44,448 bases of DNA, taken from contig CAYPZH010000003.1 in assembly GCA_964415205.1 (NCBI GenBank), positions 1,736-46,183 on the forward strand. Direction: 5' to 3'. The stretch comes from an uncultured Actinomycetota bacterium. GTDB lineage: Bacteria > Actinomycetota > Geothermincolia > Geothermincolales > RBG-13-55-18. Made by a program: the position numbers and the translations under genes. The notes beneath the pieces are model-generated. The model was given only the letters and a program-made list of their open reading frames with translations. It was not told the origin of the DNA and did no database searches. Shown piece after piece: positions 8,803-17,700 of this stretch. Position 1 is the stretch's first letter. Every line of letters begins with the position of its first letter.

Positions 8803-9969
8803 GTGGAAGTGGTCATTGCTCAGAACGTCAGCCTTGACGGCCATCTCGCGCTGTCGACCTATCTGAGGAACATCGCCAGGCACCTCTCCCGGCTGGACGG
8901 CGTGAACCTCCGGCTCGTCGTGCAGGAGTCCGCGGCGGTCCCGGAGGAGCTGTCGCGGGCCGATATGTGCATGATCGCTTCCGATACCTATTCCGTGCGG
9001 GAGAACCTGCGTTTCTCATGGCGGCTGTTCAGGGCGCTGAAAGAGATGAGCGCCGTGGCCCCGCCGGACCTCATCCACTGCCTCTACCCCAACTCCTCGC
9101 TGCTCGGAGCGGCCCTGTTCAAGAAGCTGGTGATGCCCGGGGTCAAGATCGTCTACGATATCCGCAGCCCCTGGATCGAGAACAGCATCGCCAGGCTCGG
9201 GCTGGGGCGCGGCGTCAAGGCCTACCGGGGGCTGGCATACCTCAGTGAGGCCGTCCTGGCGAGGATGGCGGACAGCTTCATCTTCATCACCGAGGGGCTG
9301 AAAAAGGAGTACGAGGAGATGTTGAGGATGGAGATGGAGCCCTCGATCCTCATCCCCTCGGGGGTGGACCGCTCCCTTTTCTCCAAGAAGGAAGGTATGT
9401 TCGCAAGGAGTAGGTATGGCATCGGCGAAAGCGACATCCTGGTCGGTTATGTCGGAGTGCTGTCGAAAGAGAGGGAACTGGACTTCTCCCTCGAGGCGTT
9501 CTGCGAGGTGGTCGAGGAGGACGAGCGTTACCGCCTGATGATGGTGGGCGAGGGGGAGGACAGGAAGAGGCTGGAGAAGTTGTCTTCTTCCATGGGTCTG
9601 GGTGACCACGTCATCTTCACCGGCGGGGTAGACCATTACGAGGTCCCCTGGTTCATCTCCGATTTCGACCTGGGGCTGTGCCACCTTCCCGACCGCTTCA
9701 ACTTCCGTTTCAGCTTCCCCATGAAGGTGCTGGAATACTCCTCATGCGGCACCAGGGTGGTGGCATCAAAGATCCCGGCGCACGAGGAGATCTCCAAGAC
9801 GATCCCCATGATTCTCTACAAGGCAGATGACACGCACGACCTGTCCAGGAAGATACTGCAGCACGAGTCCATCGCGTGTATGGAGGACGCCAAAGCGCTG
9901 AGCCACTTCTCCTGGGAGAACATCGCTTTGGAGATGGCGCGCAACTACCGCGAGGTGTTGCGGGCGTGA
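8803..9969 (+). CDS. Glycosyltransferase family 4
   Basis: 388 aa with GT-B architecture. The C-terminal half has GYVGVLSKEREL and MKVLEYSSCGTRVVASKIPAHEE (degenerate E-x7-E). Confidence 0.8.
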   Translation: MEVVIAQNVSLDGHLALSTYLRNIARHLSRLDGVNLRLVVQESAAVPEELSRADMCMIASDTYSVRENLRFSWRLFRALKEMSAVAPPDLIHCLYPNSSLLGAALFKKLVMPGVKIVYDIRSPWIENSIARLGLGRGVKAYRGLAYLSEAVLARMADSFIFITEGLKKEYEEMLRMEMEPSILIPSGVDRSLFSKKEGMFARSRYGIGESDILVGYVGVLSKERELDFSLEAFCEVVEEDERYRLMMVGEGEDRKRLEKLSSSMGLGDHVIFTGGVDHYEVPWFISDFDLGLCHLPDRFNFRFSFPMKVLEYSSCGTRVVASKIPAHEEISKTIPMILYKADDTHDLSRKILQHESIACMEDAKALSHFSWENIALEMARNYREVLRA

Positions 9970-10016
9970 ACAAAACCCTGCCGCGCCGGCACGGGCGGTC
10001 ATAAGGCGGATGCCGC

Positions 10017-11324
10017 TCACGTCAGGCTTGCGTAGGTATCGAGATACCTGCTCCCCATGATCTCGCTGGTGAACCCCTCGCGGTAGCGGCTCACGCAGCT
10101 CGCGGCCATCTTCTCGCGCCGCGCCGGTTCCCGGGCCAGCTCAGCCGCACGGTCGACGAGTTCCCGCGCCATTTCGTTGCGGTCCCGCACGTCGATGAGG
10201 TAGCCCGTGTCTCCGTCCTTGACCATCTCGGGTATCCCCCCGACCCGGGAGGCAATCGCCGGCAGGCCGCAGGCCATGGATTCCAGGGTGATGATGGGGA
10301 GCGGCTCGTGCCAGAGGGAGGGTATGGCTATGCAAAGAGCTTCGCGCATCAGCCCGGCGAGCTTTTCCCGCTCCAGCCAGGGTACGACCCTTATGCAGTC
10401 GCCCACTGCCTGCCGCAGGGAGCGGGCCTCCCGTAGCGCGCCTACCATCACGAACTCCAGCGCAAGCTTGCGGCGTTTGGCCAGGCGGGCGGCCTCGATG
10501 AAGACCTCCGCGCCCTTGTGGGTGGTCAGCCTGCCGCAGAAGAGGACGATGTTCCGCTCCACCGTGACCCCCGTGCCTGCTCCGAAGTCCTGCACGCCGT
10601 TGTGCACGGTCGCCAGCATCTCGGCCGGGTACCCGAAGTCGATCATGCGACGTCTGACGAAATCGCTCACCGCCACGATGAGGCCGGTCTTCTCGACCAG
10701 CTGTTCCCGGACCCTGCACATGTGAGAAGAGATGTCCGCCCCGGGCCGCGAGCAGAAGCGTCGGCAGTCCGACCAGGTGTCGCTGTCGCACAGGGAGCCG
10801 TCTCTGCGCACCAGGTTCCCCAGCGGACAGGCGGGCCAGTAACCGTGCAGGGTGATCACCGTGCGCAGCCCCATGCCGGCGGCGGCTCTGAGCGGCGACA
10901 GGCTGGGCATTATCTTGTGGAAATGGACCAGGTCGGGGCGGTAGTCCTCGTATGCCCGGCGGGAGGAACAGCGGGTCAGCGGGTCGTCGAGAGGTACGTA
11001 TCTCCTCAGGTCGATGCTGACGCGCTTGGCCAGGGTCCGGTTGGGGTCGCTGAAAGCCGGCGCCGCCTTCGCGCTGGAGAGCTGGCTCGCGGGCAACCTG
11101 CCGGACAGCCCTTCCAGGATCGCGCCGGGGCAGACGATACGGTAATGCCCGTCTTCCCCGCGGGGGTGACGCCCGTATGTAGCCACGGCGTTTAATACGC
11201 CCCGCTCGCGCAGGTAACCGCCGATGGTGGACATGACCACCTCGGCGCCGGCGCCCTCTAGGCTGTTGTTCACCTGCAGTACCCTCAACCCACCCTCAAC
11301 CAGGGTCTGGCCGGGCGCTCTCAT
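10017..11324 (-). CDS. Glycosyltransferase family 4
   Basis: N-terminal LRVLQVNNSLEGAGAEVV and C-terminal PSLWHEPLPIITLESMACGLPAIASRVGGIPEMV signatures. Its ATG overlaps the stop of the upstream gene (ATGA at 11321..11324). Confidence 0.88.
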   Translation of the reverse strand: MRAPGQTLVEGGLRVLQVNNSLEGAGAEVVMSTIGGYLRERGVLNAVATYGRHPRGEDGHYRIVCPGAILEGLSGRLPASQLSSAKAAPAFSDPNRTLAKRVSIDLRRYVPLDDPLTRCSSRRAYEDYRPDLVHFHKIMPSLSPLRAAAGMGLRTVITLHGYWPACPLGNLVRRDGSLCDSDTWSDCRRFCSRPGADISSHMCRVREQLVEKTGLIVAVSDFVRRRMIDFGYPAEMLATVHNGVQDFGAGTGVTVERNIVLFCGRLTTHKGAEVFIEAARLAKRRKLALEFVMVGALREARSLRQAVGDCIRVVPWLEREKLAGLMREALCIAIPSLWHEPLPIITLESMACGLPAIASRVGGIPEMVKDGDTGYLIDVRDRNEMARELVDRAAELAREPARREKMAASCVSRYREGFTSEIMGSRYLDTYASLT

Positions 11325-12973
11325 CTATCCTCCAGGGAACGCAGCTTCCTTGCTACCCTGGCGATATGCAGGCGTTCGTCTGCGTCCTTGGCGCCATGCC
11401 TTTCATACACGGTCTCTACAGGCCTTTCCCTCGGATCGCTGCCCCGCCTGAAGATCTCCAGGGGCACGCGGCCGTCGATATCCCCCGGCAGGGGGATGCC
11501 CTTTAGATGAAGGACCGTGGGGACTATATCGAGCAGGCTCAGGTCCGCCGAAAGCCTTCCCGGTTCGATCCACGGGTGCCTGGCGAGGAACATGCCGTCT
11601 ATGGCATGGGCGTGGATGGGGTGTTGCCCGAATATCCCGCCGTCCTCGGAAATGGAGGGGCTGGGGAGCAGGTCGCCGCCAAAATCTATATAGAATTCGG
11701 CCACGTCCCGCAGTCCGTCCCCTACGTAGAGCTCCCCGGGCAGGCGGATGTTCACGTCCACCGCCTTGCCCGTCGCGGGGTCGGGCTCCGACCTCAACAG
11801 GCCCGCTATCTCCTCGCGCAGGCTTTCCACCTGGTCCGGCGTTACTATCCCCCGCGGGCGGTCCACGGTGTTGAAGTATATGCCCGCCGAAGGCCCGTTC
11901 CCGATGGCCACCGCCCGGGTCCTGCTCCAGTCGATCCGGTCCTCATAGATGACGTCTATGATGTTGGTCCCGCTGTGGGAGGGGTTCCTCCCCGGCGGGA
12001 TGGTGCGGCGGAGAAAAGCGGGCGCCCAGCGCTGCACCTGTTTGTACAGCCTCAACCTGTACATCAACCTGCCGATGGTGTTCTGGGTGATGCCCAGGCG
12101 CGAGAGCTTCCCCTTGCCCTTCCAGCTCAGATACCCCTTCTCCTGCAGCCAGGTGTTGATGAAGAAAGCGCGGTCGGCATGGCTGAAACCATGGTCGCTG
12201 ATGATGAAAAGGAGGTCGTCGTCCCCCAGGCACTGCAGGATATCCCCTATGCGTGAGTCCAGGGCCTGGAAAAAAAGCACCAGGGGGTTTAAGGCCGGGT
12301 CGTCCGTCTCCCCCCAGCCCGGTCCGAAGAGGTTGTATGCCCGGTGCAGGATGCGGTCCGTCATGGTAAAAATACCCAGAAAGACGTCGACCGGCTTTTC
12401 CCGCAGCAGGTAGAGCATGGCGTCAGCCCGCTTGTTCATCACCGTAAGGCAGTTGTCGAGCAGCTCCTCCAAGTCCATCACGTGGGTACCACGCGCGTCC
12501 AGCTCGTATCCGCCCACAGCCCGGTCTAGTTCCTCGCGCAGCTCCTCGGGGTAGGTCTTGTAGGACAGTTCGTGGGCCATGAAACCGGGCACGCAATAGC
12601 CGAGGAGCTCCACCGGGCGGTCCATGAGCGGGTAGTTGAGTATGCCGCAGCTCAGCCCGTTGGCGTTGAGGACGTCCCAGAACTCCAACTGGCCCCGGGC
12701 GTGAAAATGGGTGTTGGGTTTGAGGTCGTAGGTGCCGTCAAGGAAGGAGACGAAGCCGTATATCCCGAACCTCCCGGGGTTCTTGCCCGTGGAGAAGGAG
12801 ACCCAGGCGGGCATGGTCAAAGGGGGGTAGGTGCTCATAAGGCGTCCCCACGCCGAGCCCTGCATCAGGGCGGCGAAATTGGGCAGGATGCCCGCCTTCG
12901 CCCACGGTTCGATGACGTCGAAGGTGCACCCGTCCAACCCTATGATGACGATCCTGTCGAGTCCGTGGGTCAA
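11321..12973 (-). CDS. Alkaline-phosphatase-superfamily protein, type I phosphodiesterase/nucleotide pyrophosphatase-like (paralog 1), cytoplasmic
   Basis: IVIIGLDGCTFD, YPPLTMPAWVSFSTGKNPG (Thr nucleophile context) and IISDHGFSH metal-ligand motifs. There is no signal peptide or TM segment. 550 aa. Confidence 0.8.
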   Translation of the reverse strand: MTHGLDRIVIIGLDGCTFDVIEPWAKAGILPNFAALMQGSAWGRLMSTYPPLTMPAWVSFSTGKNPGRFGIYGFVSFLDGTYDLKPNTHFHARGQLEFWDVLNANGLSCGILNYPLMDRPVELLGYCVPGFMAHELSYKTYPEELREELDRAVGGYELDARGTHVMDLEELLDNCLTVMNKRADAMLYLLREKPVDVFLGIFTMTDRILHRAYNLFGPGWGETDDPALNPLVLFFQALDSRIGDILQCLGDDDLLFIISDHGFSHADRAFFINTWLQEKGYLSWKGKGKLSRLGITQNTIGRLMYRLRLYKQVQRWAPAFLRRTIPPGRNPSHSGTNIIDVIYEDRIDWSRTRAVAIGNGPSAGIYFNTVDRPRGIVTPDQVESLREEIAGLLRSEPDPATGKAVDVNIRLPGELYVGDGLRDVAEFYIDFGGDLLPSPSISEDGGIFGQHPIHAHAIDGMFLARHPWIEPGRLSADLSLLDIVPTVLHLKGIPLPGDIDGRVPLEIFRRGSDPRERPVETVYERHGAKDADERLHIARVARKLRSLEDR

Positions 12974-13063
12974 AAGCCCTGTCCTCCTCGCTCGGTCTTT
13001 CCGCTGCGTAACATGAATAAGGGCCTTTCCGTGCGCATGGCAGCCTGTAGTATTATCAACGGT

Positions 13064-13196
13064 TTAACCCCCGCTTTCAAGCCGCCCGCGGGCGCGCCAG
13101 CATAAAGAGCGGCTTTTTACGAGCCGGGCCTCGAGGCCGGCGACCTTAACCCCCGCTTTCAAGCCGGACGCGGGACGCGTCAGCCGAAAGAGCGGC
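13064..13196. repeat. Direct duplication of a about 50-bp segment (ttaacccccgctttcaagccg...aagagcggc)
   Basis: Copy 1 is at 13064..13113 and copy 2 at 13146..13196. Copy 2 overlaps the last codons and stop of the flippase gene. A GC palindrome, gccgggcctcgaggccggc, lies between the copies. Confidence 0.75.
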
Positions 13197-14685
13197 GTTT
13201 ACCCGTCACCACCTCAAACCAGTAACGCATCTCCCCCGTATCCATCTCTCCCAGGAAGTTGATGAGCAGCAGGTAGAGCAGGGCCGCGCCCGCGTAGGCG
13301 GGAAAGAGGACCCAGAGGGAGTCGACGGGCATGAGCACGGCCGCGCAGGCCCCCGCCGCGGCAAGGATCCTGCACACGGACTGCAGGGACATGGGGGAGC
13401 CGAAACGCTGACGTATGAAGCCGAACTGCAGGACGCACGCTGAGGTGCACGCTATCACCAGGGAGAGCGCGGCTCCGGCCAGACCCATGCTGCGGGTGAG
13501 CGGGAAAGCCAGGCCTATCTCGATGACCATCGCCGAGAGGTTGATGGCGATGACTCTCCAGAAATGGCGGTCGGCCAACTGTATGTCGTTGAGCATGCTC
13601 AGGAAGGCGAGACCCAGGAAGCCGAAGGCCAGGATGGCCATGGAGTCGCCGCCGCCGGTATATCCCCCCCCGAATATGCGCAGGACGGTCTGGGAGGACG
13701 CGGCGAGGAAAAAGCTGGTGGGGGCGACGAGGATGAGAAGGAAACGATGGCTCTGCCTGATGAGGCGGTTGGACCTGGCGGTGTCGCCGCTGGCTATGGA
13801 GGATGAGATGGCCGGGAACATGGCGATGGTAAGGCTGTTGTAGAAGACGAGCAGAAGCCGGGACATGGTGAAGGCGGCGTTGTACATGCCCATGTCCACC
13901 TCGCTGGCCAGGGCCCCTACGACCCACATGTTGGAGAAGACGAGGACGTTGAAGATTATGGGGAGGACGATGAAGGGAACGGTCTCCCGCAGCAGGGCTC
14001 GGGGGCTCACGCCGCTCTTTGCGGTGAGCTCGTCGGCGTGGGCGAGGAAGAACCTGAGAGCGAACCCCCAACCGATGAGGGAACACAGGATGTTCGCCAG
14101 GATGGCCCCGGTCAGTGAGAGGCCTGCCGACACCAGCACGATGGACAGGACCATGCGCGAGAAGTAGTAGATGGTGATCGCGGTCGACTGGTAGCGGTAG
14201 AGCTGCAGGCCGTTGAGCAGTCCCTGGTAGAGATAGACCAGGCCCATAAGGGGGATGTCCAGGAAAGCAAGGACGAAATAGCCGGCGGTTCCGGGCCGGT
14301 TGAACATCGCGGGCAGGAAGAAGGAGAGCGCTACGCCCAGCACCAGGATGACCAGGCTGAGGGGGGCCTGCACCTTCAGGGCCACAAACTGGAACGAGCG
14401 GGCTTCCCCGGGAGCCCTGGCCACCTCCATGGAGGAGGTCTTGGTGGCGCCGGTCATGAAGAGCTCGAACCAGACCAGTATGGAGAAGATGAGGCCGTAA
14501 AGGCCGTAGAGCTCCACCCCCAGCATGCGGGCCAGCGCTACCTGCACGATCAGGCCGGTGACCAGCATGACCAGCTTGGCCCCGGAGACGAAAAACGCTC
14601 CCCGGGCCACCGCCTCGCGCTGCTGCCCCTGCGGTTCCGTCCCCGCATCACGTTCAGAGGTGGCAGACGGAGTGACCTTCATCAC
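13180..14685 (-). CDS. Wzx-like oligosaccharide flippase (MOP/PST polysaccharide biosynthesis protein)
   Basis: 501 aa with about 12-14 hydrophobic helices and an N-terminal pattern (FFVSGAKLVMLVTGLIVQVALARMLG) typical of the Polysacc_synt family. Confidence 0.8.
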   Translation of the reverse strand: MMKVTPSATSERDAGTEPQGQQREAVARGAFFVSGAKLVMLVTGLIVQVALARMLGVELYGLYGLIFSILVWFELFMTGATKTSSMEVARAPGEARSFQFVALKVQAPLSLVILVLGVALSFFLPAMFNRPGTAGYFVLAFLDIPLMGLVYLYQGLLNGLQLYRYQSTAITIYYFSRMVLSIVLVSAGLSLTGAILANILCSLIGWGFALRFFLAHADELTAKSGVSPRALLRETVPFIVLPIIFNVLVFSNMWVVGALASEVDMGMYNAAFTMSRLLLVFYNSLTIAMFPAISSSIASGDTARSNRLIRQSHRFLLILVAPTSFFLAASSQTVLRIFGGGYTGGGDSMAILAFGFLGLAFLSMLNDIQLADRHFWRVIAINLSAMVIEIGLAFPLTRSMGLAGAALSLVIACTSACVLQFGFIRQRFGSPMSLQSVCRILAAAGACAAVLMPVDSLWVLFPAYAGAALLYLLLINFLGEMDTGEMRYWFEVVTGKRRSFG

Positions 14686-14727
14686 CTCCCCGGCGATAGA
14701 GCAAGCGGCAAGTGTCTCATATAATGC

Positions 14728-16608
14728 TCATTCCTGGCCCAGCGTCCCGGCGGGGAACAGGACGTAGAACCCGGTCACGGGCATCACGGCCTCGAGTCCC
14801 ATCCCATCTCTCAACAGCCTGTTGGAGAGCCAGCCCCTGGTGGTGATCAGCCCGCTCACGCCGTATTCCTCCATTATCTCCAGCCTTCTCTCCCTGGTCG
14901 TCTCGGGATCGAAGAGCTCGGATATGTCGGAGAAGGACTCCACGCCGGAGAACTTTGAGGCCATGATGAGCCGGGCGTCGGTCAAGGCCTCGACCATGAG
15001 ATAATGAGCGCCCTGGTCGTCGGTGGCGAAACGTATTCCCTCCAGGTCGTTGTCCGCGACCCAGCGGGCGAGGTCGAGGGATTCCTGGGTCACGTATGTC
15101 CTCACGCGGCCCTCCGGGGCAAAGAAGCCCTGTCCGGTAAGGCTGTAGCCCCGTTTTGCGCTCACACATGCCGTGCCCAAGGCCGCGGTGACGAACAGGG
15201 CCGGTATGAGGGCCCATGAGATGAGGGCGCGTTGCCCGCCCCGCCCGCGGGCGAGGAACAGCCTGAGCCCGTACCCGCCGATGAGGGTCAGGGGTATGAG
15301 GATGTAAAAACTCACCCGGTTGGTGAACCAGAGGAGCTTGGACACGGAGATGAAGATGCCCCCCAGCAGGAGGGCGATGGGCACCCACTGCCGCCTGCGC
15401 AGCAGGTGGAGCGAGCCCAGTATGAGGAATGGCACGACGGCCAGGCAGTAATACAACACCCCCTGCAGCTCCGATATCCTGAAGCTGAAGAGGTTCCTGA
15501 GTATCTTGCCGGGGCTCTGGTTGGACACCTTGGCCTCCCCCGTCTCCCTGACCCCCAGGTAGGTCCTGGTCCCCTTGAGCAGGGCGGGACTGGTGGCGGC
15601 GAGGAAGAGCAGGGGGAGGACGAGGGAAGCCGCGATCAGTCCGGCCAACACCCAGGCGTTCCTGCGCTTGAAGCCGATCTTCTCTCCGCTTATGAGCGCT
15701 CCCGCCAGGACGGCGAGCGACAACACCATCAGCGCGCCGAAGGTCACCAGGTGGACGAGGAACACCGCGGACGACAGCAGGGTGAAGAGCAGGAAGACCT
15801 TGGCGCCGCACCTGCCCCGCACGAACTCCAGCTCCAGCATGACGGCGGCCGTCGACAGCAGTATCCCCAGGGTGCAGGGAAAGCTGGTGAAGATGAAGGT
15901 AAAACTGAGGACGAGGAAACAGAGAGAGGAAAACAGAGCGGTCTGCCAGTCATCGAAACACGCGAGCGAGAGGGCGAAGAGGGCCAGGGGCAGAAGCCCT
16001 ATGCACACGGCGATAAATGCGAGCAGGGGCGAGGAGAGCTCGATGGGGGACCTGGTGGAGAAGAAGGGCGCGGAGTAGAAGAGAGCGGCCGTATGCAGCC
16101 CGCGCGGGTAATAGGGACTGACCTCCGTCCCCAGCTCGTGCTCCGGCAGGTGTTGGTGGTGGTCCAGGTAGAGCATGCGCGGCAGGTGGTCCGAGCGGTC
16201 CCAGGCGCCTATGCCCGGCCCCTGGTTCTCCCAGGTGAAGAAGACCAGGATGGAGAGGGCGAAGATCAGGACCAGCACGGCGGCGATGAAAAGGTCTTTT
16301 CTGGTAAGCCCTCTCAAAGCCTCCACCGGGTCACTCCCGGAGCGGTGTCTCCATATCAGGTAAAAGGCCATGGTCAGGATGTCGAGAGCGAGGATGGCCG
16401 CCATGGCGGAGTTGTGGGAAAGCACAGAGAAACGGGAGAAGACGAAGCCCAGCAGGATGTACAGGGATATAGAGAACGCCGCGCCCGTCGCCAGTCTCTT
16501 CGGGAAGCTGAAGGTGGAGGAGAGAAAGACCTCAGCCAGGAGCACGCCCGGCGCGAAGTAGAGCAGGGTCCACAGGGAAAGGGTGACGGCGTATGCGAAA
16601 CTATCCAT
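14728..16608 (-). CDS. Large polytopic membrane protein with a C-terminal soluble domain (GT-C-like glycosyltransferase or polymerase candidate)
   Basis: 626 aa. More than 10 predicted TM helices are followed by a about 150-aa hydrophilic C-terminus. No family motif was recognised with certainty. Confidence 0.55.
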   Translation of the reverse strand: MDSFAYAVTLSLWTLLYFAPGVLLAEVFLSSTFSFPKRLATGAAFSISLYILLGFVFSRFSVLSHNSAMAAILALDILTMAFYLIWRHRSGSDPVEALRGLTRKDLFIAAVLVLIFALSILVFFTWENQGPGIGAWDRSDHLPRMLYLDHHQHLPEHELGTEVSPYYPRGLHTAALFYSAPFFSTRSPIELSSPLLAFIAVCIGLLPLALFALSLACFDDWQTALFSSLCFLVLSFTFIFTSFPCTLGILLSTAAVMLELEFVRGRCGAKVFLLFTLLSSAVFLVHLVTFGALMVLSLAVLAGALISGEKIGFKRRNAWVLAGLIAASLVLPLLFLAATSPALLKGTRTYLGVRETGEAKVSNQSPGKILRNLFSFRISELQGVLYYCLAVVPFLILGSLHLLRRRQWVPIALLLGGIFISVSKLLWFTNRVSFYILIPLTLIGGYGLRLFLARGRGGQRALISWALIPALFVTAALGTACVSAKRGYSLTGQGFFAPEGRVRTYVTQESLDLARWVADNDLEGIRFATDDQGAHYLMVEALTDARLIMASKFSGVESFSDISELFDPETTRERRLEIMEEYGVSGLITTRGWLSNRLLRDGMGLEAVMPVTGFYVLFPAGTLGQE

Positions 16609-17425
16609 CCTGCACGACCTCCGCTCCGTCCCCCGTCGCCTCTGCCGCGCCGCCGCTTTGCTCGCGGCGGACGTCGAGTGTCCAGGCTGCGGCGCTCCCC
16701 GCCACCTGGGCCAGGGACATCTCGACCAGGGGGTCCCATACGGATATGCGGGCGGGGAAAGCTATCCTCAGGACCAGTAAGACCAGCATGATATAGATGG
16801 AAAGAGAGCAGAAGGAACGGCTGAAATCGGCGCAGAGGCTCCACAGCCTGCCCGCGATGCCGCTGGCGGCACGGCTCGCGGGATCGCGCGGTAACGCCAG
16901 GTCTCCCGCCAGGCAGAGGAAGAAAACGGCCAGGGCGAAGACGAAGGCTGGCATCGGTGGAGAGAACAGGGCGGGGGCGCCGCCACCACGGCCCGGGGAT
17001 GACGCGAAAAGGAACAGCAATATGCTCAGGAGAGCGAACAGGGCAAGCACGATGAGCAAGAGAGGCGTCTTGCCCCAGGACCTGACGCGGCCCGGGGCGG
17101 CCGGCCCGGAGGCGGAAGGGAACGGGGTGCCGTCGAGGACGCGGGAGCCGCAGGACAATACGGTCACCAGCACGCCCCCCAGTATGGAAGTGAAGCAGGA
17201 GTAAGGCCCCATTCCCCTGGTGATGAACATGAGGATGGCGGCGCTGGCGGCTCCCGCCGCTACCGCGGCGGCGGCTCGTCTCGTCTCTATCTCCCGCGGC
17301 CCCTTGCGGCGAGCCTTATTTACGTGGTCTATCGTAAACCCCCGATACCTGTAAGCGCGCGGCACCGCTTTCGCTTCTCTGGAATATAAGAGCATATATG
17401 GATCTTCCAGAAATGGTCTACACAT
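16601..17425 (-). CDS. Hypothetical membrane protein
   Basis: 274 aa with Ala/Leu-rich TM segments. Its 3' end overlaps the downstream gene start by 8 nt, consistent with one operon. The start is uncertain (alternative ATG at 17395). Confidence 0.45.
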   Translation of the reverse strand: MCRPFLEDPYMLLYSREAKAVPRAYRYRGFTIDHVNKARRKGPREIETRRAAAAVAAGAASAAILMFITRGMGPYSCFTSILGGVLVTVLSCGSRVLDGTPFPSASGPAAPGRVRSWGKTPLLLIVLALFALLSILLFLFASSPGRGGGAPALFSPPMPAFVFALAVFFLCLAGDLALPRDPASRAASGIAGRLWSLCADFSRSFCSLSIYIMLVLLVLRIAFPARISVWDPLVEMSLAQVAGSAAAWTLDVRREQSGGAAEATGDGAEVVQDG

Positions 17426-17603
17426 ATTCTGCCCGCAGCGTCCCCCACATTCAAGCCCCGGAAATCACTGGCCGGAACGGCGGTGGCCTCCACCGCCTCG
17501 CCGTGAGAAGCGGCCGCCCCGCCCGATTTTGGCCCTTTGGCCCGCGGCTTTTCCCGGGGAGCGGGCGCGGCGCGGGACCGCTGGACAGCTTCCTCGGTCC
17601 AGG

Positions 17604-17612
17604 TGGTAGAAT
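17604..17612 (+). promoter_or_regulatory. Extended -10 promoter element (TGgTAGAAT)
   Basis: It matches TGnTAnAAT about 90 nt upstream of the ATG at 17701, in the divergent intergenic region. Confidence 0.35.
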
Positions 17613-17700
17613 CATGCATGCCGGTGCGCGGAAAAAGGCCGGGCCGGGCGGCACCGTATACCTGAAGGGCTTTGAAGAGCACAAGGCGGAGAGAGCGATC

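Noticed and set aside
15232-16791. 519-aa plus-strand ORF.
   Set aside because: It gives a Glu/Gly/Asp/Gln-rich low-complexity translation antisense to a coherent polytopic membrane protein, with no domain motifs.
17398-17700. 101-codon N-terminal extension of AP-superfamily paralog 2.
   Set aside because: The extension is Pro/Arg/Gly-rich and contains a promoter-like TGgTAGAAT. The three paralogs align from MEPKSKRLFLVGLDG, which supports the ATG at 17701.
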